A stretch of DNA of 64,000 nt, from NCBI GenBank assembly GCA_963842085.1, contig CAWJET010000001.1:2144001-2208000 (forward strand), given 5' to 3'. Numbering within the stretch: position 1 is the first letter of the stretch; every line of letters begins with the position of its first letter. The notes below the pieces were generated by a model. The model was not told the origin of the DNA. It saw only the letters and a program-made list of their open reading frames with translations, and searched no databases. The stretch comes from an uncultured delta proteobacterium (lineage in GTDB: Bacteria > Desulfobacterota > Binatia > Binatales > Binataceae). A program made the position numbers and the translations under genes. This document shows, one piece after another, positions 10,901 to 20,240 of the stretch.

Positions 10901-11692
10901 CCGGCGGACACATTTTCCCTTACGTTCATCTGGCAAATTGCCTGGGCTCCGATCAGCCCTGCTATGGACTCCAGGCGAGAGGACTGGAAGAGGGACATGA
11001 ACCACATCGGCGGATCGAAGAGATGGCCGCTTACTACATAAACGCAATACGGACCGTGCAGGCTGAGGGTCCGTATCTCCTGGGAGGATGGTCCATGGGA
11101 GGAGTGGTGGCCTTCGAGATGGCGCAGCAGCTTCATGCGCAGGGGCAACGCGCCTCACTGTTGGCCTTGCTGGACACGCGGGTTCCCACACCCGAGGAGG
11201 AATTTGCGGACGAAGATTTCGAGGCAACCTTGCTGGTCGATTTTGTCCGCTATTTCGGTCTTTCACTGGATCCCCGGGTTTCTCTCGCACGCCTTCCAAA
11301 GCACGAGCTGCTGGAGCGCGTGCTCGAGCACGCGAAAATAGCCGGCCTGGTGCCCTCGGATATTGAAGTCTCGCAAGCTCAGCCGTTCATCGAACTCTGC
11401 AAGGCCGATTTTCGAGCTACGCGAATCTACACATTGAATCGCTACCCGGGTCGAATCACGCTCTTCAAGGCTGCTCAGGAGCTTTCGGGAAGCTCGTCTG
11501 ACCCGACCTTGGGGTGGAGTGAGTGGGCTGCTGGAGGAGCTGACGTCCACGTGGTTCCGGGTAATCACGCTACCATGGTTTACAAGCCTCACGTCGAAGT
11601 CTTGGCTGACAAGCTACGAGCTTGTCTAGATCAGGTTCACGCGACTGAAGAAGCTTCGCCGATGAAGCCAATCGATCGATGCAGGATGCCAA

Positions 11693-11932
11693 ATGAATAG
11701 TGACGACAAGGAAGACACCACAACCTACAAAGTCGTTGTAAATCATGAAGAGCAGTACTCTATCTGGCCCTCTGAAAAGAAGATCCCTCCCGGCTGGACA
11801 CCTAAAGGCAAGACCGGTTCCAAGACCGAATGCCTGGCTTACATTAAAGAGGTGTGGACCGATATGAGACCGCTCAGTCTGAGAAAGAACATGGATCAGC
11901 GGTACAGTCAAATCCGCTCATCAAAGAGTTAA
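11693..11932 (+). CDS. mbtH: MbtH-like protein
   Basis: [33 protein letters not shown]. Confidence 0.95.
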   Translation: MNSDDKEDTTTYKVVVNHEEQYSIWPSEKKIPPGWTPKGKTGSKTECLAYIKEVWTDMRPLSLRKNMDQRYSQIRSSKS

Positions 11933-11966
11933 CTCGTATCTTCTACTTTGCAAGGACAGATTCTGA

Positions 11967-12719
11967 ATGAGCCGGCCAACAACCGCCGCTGCTTTGGACC
12001 CCTGGATTTCATTCCGCAAGCCGAGCCCAAAGACCCGCGTTCGATTGTTTTGCTTCCCTTACGCCGGAGCCGGCGCGTTGATCTTTCGCACCTGGTCCGA
12101 CGCCTTGCCAGCGGATGTCGAGGTCTGCCCGGTTCAACTCCCGGGACGGGGAACTCGGCTGATGGAGCGTCCTTTCACTCGACTCTCGCCTCTTATCGAA
12201 GCTCTCGCCCAAGGCCTGGCTCCACTTTTGGACATGCCTTTTGCATTCTTCGGCCACAGCCTGGGAACATTGGTCAGCTTTGAACTCGCTCGCCGGATTC
12301 GCAAGCAATATGGCGTGCATCCTGTTCGACTATTTGTATCTGCTGGTCGTGCGCCTCAGATTCCTTATAGAGACCCGTCTATTCACACCCTGCCAGACAA
12401 AGAATTCCTGGCGGAACTGCGCCGGCTGAACGGCACGCCCAGTGAACTTTTGGACCACGAAGAATTAATGGAGATCATGCTTCCTATCTTGCGGGCCGAC
12501 TTTGCCCTGTACGAAACGTACGTGTACTCGACTGAGCCGCCCCTGAACTGTCCTATCTCCGCGTTTGGCGGCTTGCAGGATCACAAGGTGAAAGATAGCG
12601 ATCTCGAAGCCTGGCGTGCTCAGACAAGTGTTTCGTTTTCGTTGCGGATGTTTCCCGGAGACCATTTCTTCTTGAAACAGCCTCTTCTACTTAGGGCGCT
12701 CTCGCAGGAACTGCAATGA
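11967..12719 (+). CDS. Type II thioesterase
   Basis: LFCFPYAGAG, QLPGRGTR, GHSLG, PGDHFF. Confidence 0.92.
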   Translation: MSRPTTAAALDPWISFRKPSPKTRVRLFCFPYAGAGALIFRTWSDALPADVEVCPVQLPGRGTRLMERPFTRLSPLIEALAQGLAPLLDMPFAFFGHSLGTLVSFELARRIRKQYGVHPVRLFVSAGRAPQIPYRDPSIHTLPDKEFLAELRRLNGTPSELLDHEELMEIMLPILRADFALYETYVYSTEPPLNCPISAFGGLQDHKVKDSDLEAWRAQTSVSFSLRMFPGDHFFLKQPLLLRALSQELQ

Positions 12720-12738
12720 AACCGGTAAGCTCGGCCAC

Positions 12739-13518
12739 ATGAAGACGGCCCCCATGGCCTCAACTTCTACCCAGTGGGGGTTTCCACCGGCGACGATAGT
12801 GTTGGGTGGTAACGAAGTGCATGTCTGGCAAGCCTCTCTGGACGAGCCCGCGCCGCAGCGTGATCGCCTCCTGCATACCCTTTCTGCCGATGAGCGAACG
12901 AGGGCCGAGCGGTTTTACTTTCAGAGAGACCGCGAGCGCTTCATCATCGCTCACGGAATACTCAGGGCTATCCTCGCCCTCTACTTGAACAGAGCTCCGG
13001 AATCTCTTTCCTTCTGCTACAGTTCTCACGGAAAGCCCGCCTTGGCCTGCGAATCTGGCGGGGATGCCCCCCGCTTTAACATGTCCCACTCTCACGGTGT
13101 GGCCCTTTATGCGATTACTCGCGGCCGTGAGATCGGCATCGATCTGGAATTCATCCGCTGCGATTTGGAAGCAGAGCAGATCGCCGAAAGATTTTTCTCA
13201 CGGAGCGAGATTGCGACGCTCCGGGCGCTTCCGTCCAGCCTTCGGAGACACGCATTTTTTCTCTGCTGGACCCGCAAGGAAGCCTACATCAAGGCGAGAG
13301 GCGAAGGACCCTCCATCGCCCTGGGTCAGTTCGACGTGTCGCTAATCCCCGGAAAACCCGCAGGATTGTTGAGCACCCGACCGGATTCGGACGAAGCCCT
13401 TGGTTGGTCGCTACAGGACCTGACCCTGGACTTGGGCTACGCGGCGGCTCTTGCGGTCGAAGGACGCGGGTGGAATCTATCGTGTTGGCAATGGCCACAC
13501 CCTGAGATAAAGCGATAA
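12739..13518 (+). CDS. Sfp-type 4'-phosphopantetheinyl transferase
   Basis: FNMSHS, IGIDLE, WTRKEAYIKARG. Confidence 0.93.
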   Translation: MKTAPMASTSTQWGFPPATIVLGGNEVHVWQASLDEPAPQRDRLLHTLSADERTRAERFYFQRDRERFIIAHGILRAILALYLNRAPESLSFCYSSHGKPALACESGGDAPRFNMSHSHGVALYAITRGREIGIDLEFIRCDLEAEQIAERFFSRSEIATLRALPSSLRRHAFFLCWTRKEAYIKARGEGPSIALGQFDVSLIPGKPAGLLSTRPDSDEALGWSLQDLTLDLGYAAALAVEGRGWNLSCWQWPHPEIKR

Positions 13519-13740
13519 TCGCGCTTCGGTTCGTTGACCAGCCTCTTTGCGTCGCCCTCTCCAAGGGCATATAATTAGATTACCTCGCCCCAAGAGTTTG
13601 CTTCCATCTCCATACTCTGCCCGAGGAAGTGTTGCCGTTTACGCGCGGTATTTGTGCGTGGGTATCTGCACCTAAGCAATGGCCCCACATGCATGAACTC
13701 GCGCACCGGCGCTTATGGCTGTCGGATTTAGGAGTCGCGA

Positions 13741-14724
13741 ATTTTTAGAATAAGCACTTCATCGTTCCGAGTCCGGATTCTCGTTTCTTCGCTGATCGCG
13801 TTCGCAGCAGTTTTAACTCAATGGCCGGCTGTGGGGCGCACGGATGTTGTTCTGGCGCCGGGCACAGAGTCGAGTGCGGGTGGCGTGACGGATGCCTGGC
13901 TTGTGGCGCGGGGTCTAATCGATAGCTCGATGATCAGCGAACAATCCGGTAGTGACATAATCACGCCGCCGCCCGGCACCGAGGTGGACGAAACGCGGCA
14001 AACGGCGAATCTAACGGGTGAGGTGCTGAACCAGGTCAAGTCGTGGAACCAAATGGTCGGCGACGACACGATCCATGTCGAGGTGACCACGCTATCGACC
14101 TATCAGTTCGAAGTCGCCTTCTGGCTGTTTCCCAATCATCGGAAGGGTTGCACCATGTATCGGTGGACGCTGTACGACCATGGCCGCGCGCTGCAGAGTG
14201 CATTCTGGCGTAACGATGCAGCAGTGCTGCGGCTGGCCGGGGCCGCGGACTTGCCACATGACTTGTATCCGGACTCGGTTCCCTGGGTGGCGTTTCTTCG
14301 GGTCCTCGACGCGCCGCGCGACGGCGGCGAAGGCATGATTCATCAGCAGATCACGCCGTACAGCTATGTCGGTCAGGAGGTTTGGGCTAGGAGCTCCGAA
14401 CCGATCAGCGTGCCCGCCGGCACCTTCTCCGCGCTAAAGGTAACCGCGAAAGTCGATATCACGACGGTAATGCCGAACTGGCCGCGCTTTGTCCTGCAAG
14501 TCATCAAGCCGGTAATTCCCAAGAACACGCTCTATTTCGAGGCGGCGCCGCCCTATCGGCTGCTCAAGCAGGAAGGCACCACCTTTGTCGGCGGTCCTGA
14601 GGTCACCACCGAACTGATTCGCTTCTACATCGCAGGCGCGCAGCCGGTCGTCGCTTCAGCGACCGTGGCCGCCGACCACGCGCCGATCGCCGCCGTGCTC
14701 GGTGACACATCAATTCACAAGTGA
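13741..14724 (+). CDS. Exported hypothetical protein (DUF3108-like C-terminus); start uncertain (ATT 13741 or GTG 13831)
   Basis: EPISVPAGTFSALKV motif; the in-frame upstream segment reads as a signal peptide; AGGAG lies 6 nt before ATT 13741. Confidence 0.6.
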   Translation: MFRISTSSFRVRILVSSLIAFAAVLTQWPAVGRTDVVLAPGTESSAGGVTDAWLVARGLIDSSMISEQSGSDIITPPPGTEVDETRQTANLTGEVLNQVKSWNQMVGDDTIHVEVTTLSTYQFEVAFWLFPNHRKGCTMYRWTLYDHGRALQSAFWRNDAAVLRLAGAADLPHDLYPDSVPWVAFLRVLDAPRDGGEGMIHQQITPYSYVGQEVWARSSEPISVPAGTFSALKVTAKVDITTVMPNWPRFVLQVIKPVIPKNTLYFEAAPPYRLLKQEGTTFVGGPEVTTELIRFYIAGAQPVVASATVAADHAPIAAVLGDTSIHK

Positions 14725-14816
14725 CATCTACGTGGTCAGACCCGGGGGCGTCTCGCTGAGTCGCGCGACACCCTTATTCTGTGGACCCACCTGCGATGGG
14801 CCTTTCCATGCCGGCA

Positions 14817-15007
14817 TGCGCGCGAAGCCGTCGAAAGCTGTAAGGGCTTCCTACCAGGGAGATGCGTACGCGGGGCACCGGACCGCCAGCGACGAGCCGT
14901 ACGATCCCGAAGCCTTGACGGCGGCGTCGAGCACTTTACCGATCGGTTCCTCAGTCACGGTAACCAGCCCCGCGACGGGCCGTTCTGTGAAGGTTCTTCT
15001 CTTATAA
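14817..15007 (+). pseudogene. RlpA-like lytic transglycosylase fragment
   Basis: ASYQG..GHRTASDEPYDPEALTAASSTLPIGSSVTVT...GRSVKV then a premature stop before the expected INDRGP. Confidence 0.7.
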
Positions 15008-15042
15008 TAGTCTGTTTATTCCGCTTGAACGCCGAAGCTTTT

Positions 15043-15083
15043 GGCGGGCACCGCGGGAGGGGGGAGTCTCCCGGATGCCCGCC
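15043..15083. terminator. GC-rich hairpin between convergent genes (C-rich loop on the - strand)
   Basis: GGCGGGCA-CCG-CGGGAG...CTCCCGG-A-TGCCCGCC. Confidence 0.35.
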
Positions 15084-15127
15084 ACCGACATCTTGACTCG
15101 GCTCGCGGCTCTCACGTGAACGAACGG

Positions 15128-15283
15128 TCAGATGGTGAGTACGCCGTTAAATAGCCAGATGATCACCACGATTGTGAGCACCAGCATCAACAAGCCGCCC
15201 GGATCTCTGGCGCCGTGATGATAGGTTCTGTAACCACCGCCGCTGCCGAACAGAATCAGCAAGATAATAAGAATCAATAACAT
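15128..15283 (-). CDS. 51-aa small membrane protein (DUF3309-like)
   Basis: MLLILIILLILFGSGGGYRTYHHGARDPGGLLMLVLTIVVIIWLFNGVLTI*; not in the ORF track. Confidence 0.7.
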   Translation of the reverse strand: MLLILIILLILFGSGGGYRTYHHGARDPGGLLMLVLTIVVIIWLFNGVLTI

Positions 15284-15318
15284 CGTGATTTCGCCTGCCT
15301 GGCTCAGTCAACAGCATG

Positions 15319-15717
15319 CTAATGCCATGTCAGTTGATCACTCACGCCGGTGACGCCTGGTGCGGCAGCTGCAATATCGCCGGCCCGCTTGGCGTCCTCG
15401 GCCGACTTGACAACACCGCTCAACAAAATCTTGCCATGATCGCAATCGACGGCAACAAGATATCCATCGGCGACACCGTCATGCGCGAGTGCGCTCTTGA
15501 CCTCGGTGATCAGCAGATCGTCGTGCGCACGTTCCGCCGGGGAGTTGTAATGATGCTCCGCCTTGACGTTTACAGTGTCGTTCTCGCGAGTCGCGGAGTT
15601 AGAGTCCGTCGTGCCTGGTTCGGCGCGGGCATCGGCGACAAGCAGTCCGCCGCCAATCAAGACTGCGAGCGCAAGTGATGCCACGGCAGTTCTTTTTCGA
15701 TTGCGTCTATTTTGCAT
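15319..15717 (-). CDS. Secreted BON-domain protein
   Basis: Signal peptide; DDLLITEVKSAL..GKILLSGVV..GVTGVSDQL. Confidence 0.85.
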   Translation of the reverse strand: MQNRRNRKRTAVASLALAVLIGGGLLVADARAEPGTTDSNSATRENDTVNVKAEHHYNSPAERAHDDLLITEVKSALAHDGVADGYLVAVDCDHGKILLSGVVKSAEDAKRAGDIAAAAPGVTGVSDQLTWH

Positions 15718-15741
15718 CGCGGAATTCTCCCCGGTTTGCAA

Positions 15742-16032
15742 TCAGTTACTCGGGGTTACGCTTGTGGATTCGCTGTGATGAGAACTTGAGCTATCGACGG
15801 TGCCGCCAGCGCTCGACTCGCTCGAATCACGTGACTTGTCCACCGACGTGCTGGTGGTGGTGGTTGGAGGAGCCACCTGTACCGGCGGCGCCTGCACGAC
15901 GACTTGAGCCGGCGCGGCGGCGGGAACATAAGTGGTGGAGTCGACTTCCTTGGTGCTAGTGCCGCATCCGGCAACGCAAGCCAAGGCCGCAACACCGACA
16001 AAGCTGATAGCAAATCGCTGGATTGAATTCAT
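15742..16032 (-). CDS. Small Ser/Thr/Pro-rich lipoprotein
   Basis: Lipobox VAGC; paralog of 36910-37308. Confidence 0.75.
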   Translation of the reverse strand: MNSIQRFAISFVGVAALACVAGCGTSTKEVDSTTYVPAAAPAQVVVQAPPVQVAPPTTTTSTSVDKSRDSSESSAGGTVDSSSSHHSESTSVTPSN

Positions 16033-16114
16033 TTCTTTAGTTCTCCATTGGACTTAGGTTGTAAGTTTTGTGATTGATGCGCGATACGCCTGTTTAGGGC
16101 GTATCGCCCCGCCA

Positions 16115-17261
16115 TTATTTCTTAGCTTCGCGCACCGCGCCCTCGTGCCCACCGCTTTGGTGACCACCACCCTCGTGACTCGCACTCGCCTGTCTGTGCT
16201 GTTCAGGTTGCTGGCGAGACGAGTGCTGCTCGTGAGTCGCCTGCTGATGCTGAGCCTGCTGCGGACGCGCCTGCTGCTGATGCGTAGCCTGCTGATGGCT
16301 GGCCTGCTGCTGATGAGTCGCCTGCTGCTCGGTGCGAGTAGCCCGCTGCTCGTTCTGAGTAGCCCGCTGCTGATTGTGAGTCGCCTGCTGCTGATTGCGA
16401 GTAGCCTGCTGCTCGCGCGACGCCTGCTGCTGGCGAGTCGCTTCATTGCGCTGAGTGGTTGCCGCTCTTTCATTCACGCGCGTCTGCTGCTCGCGCGACG
16501 CCTGCTGCTGGCGGCTCGCCTCGTTGCGCTGATTGGTAGCCGCCTGCTCATTCACCCGCGTTTGCTGCTCGCGCGACGCCTGCTGCTGGCGAGTCGCCAC
16601 ATTGCGCTGCTCGCTCGCCGTCCTCTCGTTGACGGCCGCCTTCTCGTTCACCTGCTTTTGCTGGTTCGAGGCCTGTTGGCGACTCTGCGCGCTACCTTCG
16701 TTCTCGGTCCGCATCACAGCCCGGTGATCATTCGGCTCCGTGTGATTCGCCCAGTTGCTGTGCTGGCTGGTCCAGTTGGGATGGTTCGCGGAAACCCAGC
16801 TCGCGTTCTGGTTGTACCACCACTGACCATTGCCAGTTGTGCTGCGCATCGTAGGCGCCGTCCGTGTCGCGCCATGCCGGATACCATGAAATCCAGTTCG
16901 GATGATTGGCGTAGAAGAAATCCGGATCGTTCTGATGCCACCAGTACGCATCTTGCCAAGTGCCATCGCTCTCGTAGTCGCCATCCTGGATGAGCCACAG
17001 GGCGTCCATGAAGCGCCATTCCGGATGATGGGCGTAGAACCACATGATGTCGTGCTGATGCCACCATCGCGCGCCTCGCCAGGTGTGAGTATTGTCATAC
17101 GCGCCCCATCCGGCTTCGCCGGGGCCGCCGTAGTAGCCGGGGCCGTTGTAGCCGGGGCCGGGACCGTATTGCGCGAATGACGGCGCTGCCATTCCGAACG
17201 CCAGGATCGCGCCGGACAAAGCAATCGTCTTTCCGAGATTTTTGATCAATTTCGTTCGCAT
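16115..17261 (-). pseudogene. Secreted protein with three Trp/His-rich repeats and a Gln-rich tail; frameshift near 16830
   Basis: Signal peptide ending SFAQ; the third repeat continues in another frame (…HNW|NGQWWYNQNASWVSANHPNW); may be a sequencing error. Confidence 0.7.
16160..16630 (-). repeat. Coding tandem repeats: three 78-nt units plus Gln-rich heptad-like units
   Basis: VNExxAxxQRNxAxRQQQASREQQxx x3, then RNQQQAT/HNQQRAT/QNEQRAT/RTEQQAT. Confidence 0.8.
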
Positions 17262-17295
17262 AAGCGGTAATGCCGTGAGACTGGGCGTCTCGTGC

Positions 17296-17420
17296 GGACC
17301 TCCTCAAGCCTTGGCAATATCGATTTGACGATGGTCTAGCGAGACGTGGTCAAAGGCGAGCGGAAAGACCACTATCGGGCTGGATCAGAGCCGGACTCGA
17401 ATCCTATATCGATTCCGACT
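17296..17420 (-). ncRNA. Candidate structured 5' leader RNA, copy A
   Basis: Near-identical to 20241-20366 apart from a 14-15 nt spacer; starts 6 nt after a -10 box; ends at GAGGAGG. Confidence 0.55.
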
Positions 17421-17425
17421 ACTTA

Positions 17426-17454
17426 ATTCTATAATAGTAGTTCCGAATTAGTAA
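17426..17454 (-). promoter_or_regulatory. Sigma70-type promoter for leader A
   Basis: TTACTA-17 bp-TAGAAT, same offset to the leader as in copy B. Confidence 0.45.
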
Positions 17455-17614
17455 CCGCAGAAACACTAATGATGTGCTCAAAAGAACGAAATACATACTC
17501 ACTTTCTGACTCTATCGGTTCTAAGCGAAATCCAAGTGGCTACTCCTGATCGATTCTACCTGCTCGAGAAGTTGCCAACGGTGTTTCCTGAATCGGCCTG
17601 GAACTCCGGGCAAG

Positions 17615-19489
17615 TTATGATTTCCGGGTTTCCGCGTTTTGGATGAGACCGCTCTGACCAGCGGTTGCCGTCCTGGTGTCGACCAATGGACGGTTGCTGC
17701 TGATTCCTGATGATCGCGAAACCGAGCGTCTAAGAGCGTATAGACGTATGGCGTGACGTACTTCGCCTCTGCTGCCGCATACTTGCGATGCACCGGCATC
17801 GAGGAGTTCTGAGCGCTGCGACAATGCGGATGCTCCGCCAGCGATGATGGTTAAGTGCGGTGACGCCGCCATCAGCGCGCGCACCAGCTCGACTGCTGCG
17901 GGCATGCACTCCGCTGTGGTGCACGAGAGAAAGACCATGTCGGGTGCGTATTGGGTTACAAAGGCACAAATCTCTGCCGGCGATTTATTTATGCCAAGAA
18001 AATTAGCGGCGCTCCCGGTCCGCCTGAGAAGTTCGAGCAGCATGAGAAGCCCGAGAGTGTGAACTTCGCCGGGCGGCACTATGCCCAGGAAGCGAAGCCG
18101 GCCTCTCAATCTGGGTTTGTCGAATCGGTCTCCGAGTTCCTTCACCAGCGCGACCGTCGTTTCGAAAACAAGGCGCTGATTCTCTTCGCTGATATGACTT
18201 TCAGACCGCTCTTCCCCGGCCAGAACGACGGCGGGGACGAGGACGTCGTCGAAGGTCGGCTCGAGACCATTTTTGTCGCAATACCCGACGGCGATCTTAC
18301 GCGCGCTCGACTGATCCAGCTCGAGCAGGCTGCGATAGTAGTCGTGATAATCTTCACGGGCGCTGTCGTCGCCGAACAGCACGGCGAAGAAACCAAGTGC
18401 GGGAATATAGTCACCCGCGACCTTAAGGCACGCGGTCAAGGAGGTGGCGAGCAAGAGTCCCGGAAGTCCCCACAGCCACCCCCAGAACATCGCGGAGAAC
18501 AACAGGCCAAGCGGCGACAGACCAATTCCGCGACCGATTAAAAAAGGCTCGATCAGGTAGCCCACGATTTGATCGAGAATGACGAACGAGGCAAAGACTT
18601 CGACTGATTCACTCCATCCGGGAGAGACCGCAAAGGCTACAAACATCGGCAGTAGAGCGGCAACCGGAACGCCGACGTACGGAACGAAACGAAACAGCGC
18701 TGCCAAAGAACCCCACAGAATTGGGTTCGGCAACCCGATCATCCACATAGTCAATCCTATCGCAACTCCGTATCCAAGATTAGTCAGAGCGAATAGCAAC
18801 AGGTAATGACCAACTGCTTCACCCGCTGCCCCAATCGCCTCGGCCGAAAGCGTAATTCGCCCCCGTGCCGCAAGCCGCACCAGCCGATCACGCAAATCGG
18901 TTCGGCCATAAAGTAGAAAGAACATCAGCACCATGACCAGCAGCGCTTCGAGCAGGCCTGACAAGATTGGGACAACCGGCTTCTCGGCCTGTTCCAGGTA
19001 CGACGGCTCGGCCGGCGTCTGAACGACACTGGTGGCTTTTGAGACCTTTGGTCGCGGCGTCAGGTCGCTGATCTGCTGCTCGACGTCCTTGATTCCATAC
19101 TGTACCCGCAGCATCCACTCGGGCGTGCTACCTTCCAACGCGCTCAACTTAGTAGCGATGTTGTTGGTGTAATCGGTAACCTGAACGGCGACAGAGGTAA
19201 GCTCGACCGTTACGAAATAGCCAATACCGATAACAATTGCGATTGCCGTTACCACAACCAGCGCAGCGCTGACAAAGGTTCCAACCAAACGATCCAGCCG
19301 GCTCGCAATCGGACTGAAAATGACGGCCAGCAACGCAGCCATCGTCAACGGCATCAAGATGCTTTTCGCGAAATACAGAACCACGGTCGCAAGGACTACC
19401 GCGACAACCGGTCCCGCAGAACTCCCGCCGTCCGGGTGTTCATCATGCTCGTGCTCGAGAATGAGCGGACTCGTCGAGGATTCTTCCAC
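17615..19489 (-). CDS. AI-2E family transporter fused to a C-terminal cobalamin-binding-like domain
   Basis: Multi-TM region with RFVPYVG, IEPFLIG, WGWLWGLPGLLLA; C-terminal GEVHTLG, FLG, PDMVFLS, IIAGG. Confidence 0.8.
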   Translation of the reverse strand: MEESSTSPLILEHEHDEHPDGGSSAGPVVAVVLATVVLYFAKSILMPLTMAALLAVIFSPIASRLDRLVGTFVSAALVVVTAIAIVIGIGYFVTVELTSVAVQVTDYTNNIATKLSALEGSTPEWMLRVQYGIKDVEQQISDLTPRPKVSKATSVVQTPAEPSYLEQAEKPVVPILSGLLEALLVMVLMFFLLYGRTDLRDRLVRLAARGRITLSAEAIGAAGEAVGHYLLLFALTNLGYGVAIGLTMWMIGLPNPILWGSLAALFRFVPYVGVPVAALLPMFVAFAVSPGWSESVEVFASFVILDQIVGYLIEPFLIGRGIGLSPLGLLFSAMFWGWLWGLPGLLLATSLTACLKVAGDYIPALGFFAVLFGDDSAREDYHDYYRSLLELDQSSARKIAVGYCDKNGLEPTFDDVLVPAVVLAGEERSESHISEENQRLVFETTVALVKELGDRFDKPRLRGRLRFLGIVPPGEVHTLGLLMLLELLRRTGSAANFLGINKSPAEICAFVTQYAPDMVFLSCTTAECMPAAVELVRALMAASPHLTIIAGGASALSQRSELLDAGASQVCGSRGEVRHAIRLYALRRSVSRSSGISSNRPLVDTRTATAGQSGLIQNAETRKS

Positions 19490-19555
19490 AATTGTCCTCC
19501 GGTCAGTAATCAGCCCAGCCAGAGTCCACAGATGAAGCCGACAAATTGAGCCGGC

Positions 19556-19780
19556 CTACCCTTTCTGATACAGGCCGCCTGCCACTAGAACCATCCCGAC
19601 GATTAGTGCCGCCCCACTGAGAATGGGCGGTATTGCGTGTGAGATTGGCTCGTTCGCTTGAATTTTGAGATCGCCAAGCGTGACAACGTTCTTCGTCTGA
19701 TTCGTGGTGAACACCGGCGACGCAATCGCAGGGAGGCCAAGCAACGCGAGAATTGCGCCGATCATTACTATGGGTTTCAT
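19556..19780 (-). CDS. Small 2-TM membrane protein (DUF3185-like)
   Basis: Two hydrophobic segments around VVTLGDLKI and IPPILSG. Confidence 0.7.
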   Translation of the reverse strand: MKPIVMIGAILALLGLPAIASPVFTTNQTKNVVTLGDLKIQANEPISHAIPPILSGAALIVGMVLVAGGLYQKG

Positions 19781-19847
19781 TTTCTCTCCGACTCGAACTT
19801 CGTCAACGTAATGATCAGCTATTGGCTCGCGGTGAATTCGCGCTTAT

Positions 19848-20237
19848 TCATCCGGCTGCCTTGGTTGCTAGTGCGAGACGGCCCCAAACTGTCCTTCCTG
19901 AGTCTGCCAGCATTTTTCCGGCAGCATCCACAACCAACGCGGCCAACGCGAAAACAAACAAAGACAGTATAACCGCCAATCGCACTTCGCTCCAGGCCAC
20001 AGTCACGGCGAGACTTCCGATCTGTCCCGATTGCAAGTGCCGCCCCGTTTGCGAGTCCACGACAAACACGCTCACCGGATTTATCACGTGTGACAAGAAA
20101 GTGAGGTATAGCCAGTACACGTCCACGATCACAAATCCGCACAAAATGCTAAATCGCGAAAGGCCCTTGCTTGACGTTAAATTCATACTCGACTCCAAAC
20201 GGATCAAGTCGGACAGGCTTTCAGCCGAGCTCTCCAT
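19848..20237 (-). CDS. Hypothetical 2-TM protein downstream of leader B
   Basis: ATG 6 nt after GAGGAGG; two hydrophobic stretches. Confidence 0.6.
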   Translation of the reverse strand: MESSAESLSDLIRLESSMNLTSSKGLSRFSILCGFVIVDVYWLYLTFLSHVINPVSVFVVDSQTGRHLQSGQIGSLAVTVAWSEVRLAVILSLFVFALAALVVDAAGKMLADSGRTVWGRLALATKAAG

Positions 20238-20240
20238 AAA

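Larger units (their letters stand above)
2332..11700 (+). pseudogene. Bimodular NRPS C-A-T-C-A-T-TE (~2408 aa when repaired), interrupted by an IS at 2869-5000 and a +1 frameshift at 10691-10697
   Basis: Removing the IS and one TSD copy rejoins ...GDPSQY|ADLAEWE in frame; two A domains (YTSGSTGxPKG, YGPTE, TGDL), PCP FFQLGGHSLL, C domain HHIVSDGWS; second PCP FFELGG|HSLAAV broken by a G7 run; TE GWSMGG. Confidence 0.9.

Noticed and set aside
16390-16630. 78-nt periodic repeats as a possible CRISPR array
   Set aside because: In-frame coding repeats with no unique spacers, and no cas genes in the window
16070-16993. 307-aa Leu-rich ORF on the + strand
   Set aside because: Antisense shadow of the CAG-rich Gln repeats of the - strand gene
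17296-17420. Assignment of the leader to c-di-GMP-I/II, fluoride, ZTP, cobalamin riboswitch or hammerhead families
   Set aside because: Their conserved core motifs were not found by eye; a covariance-model search is still needed
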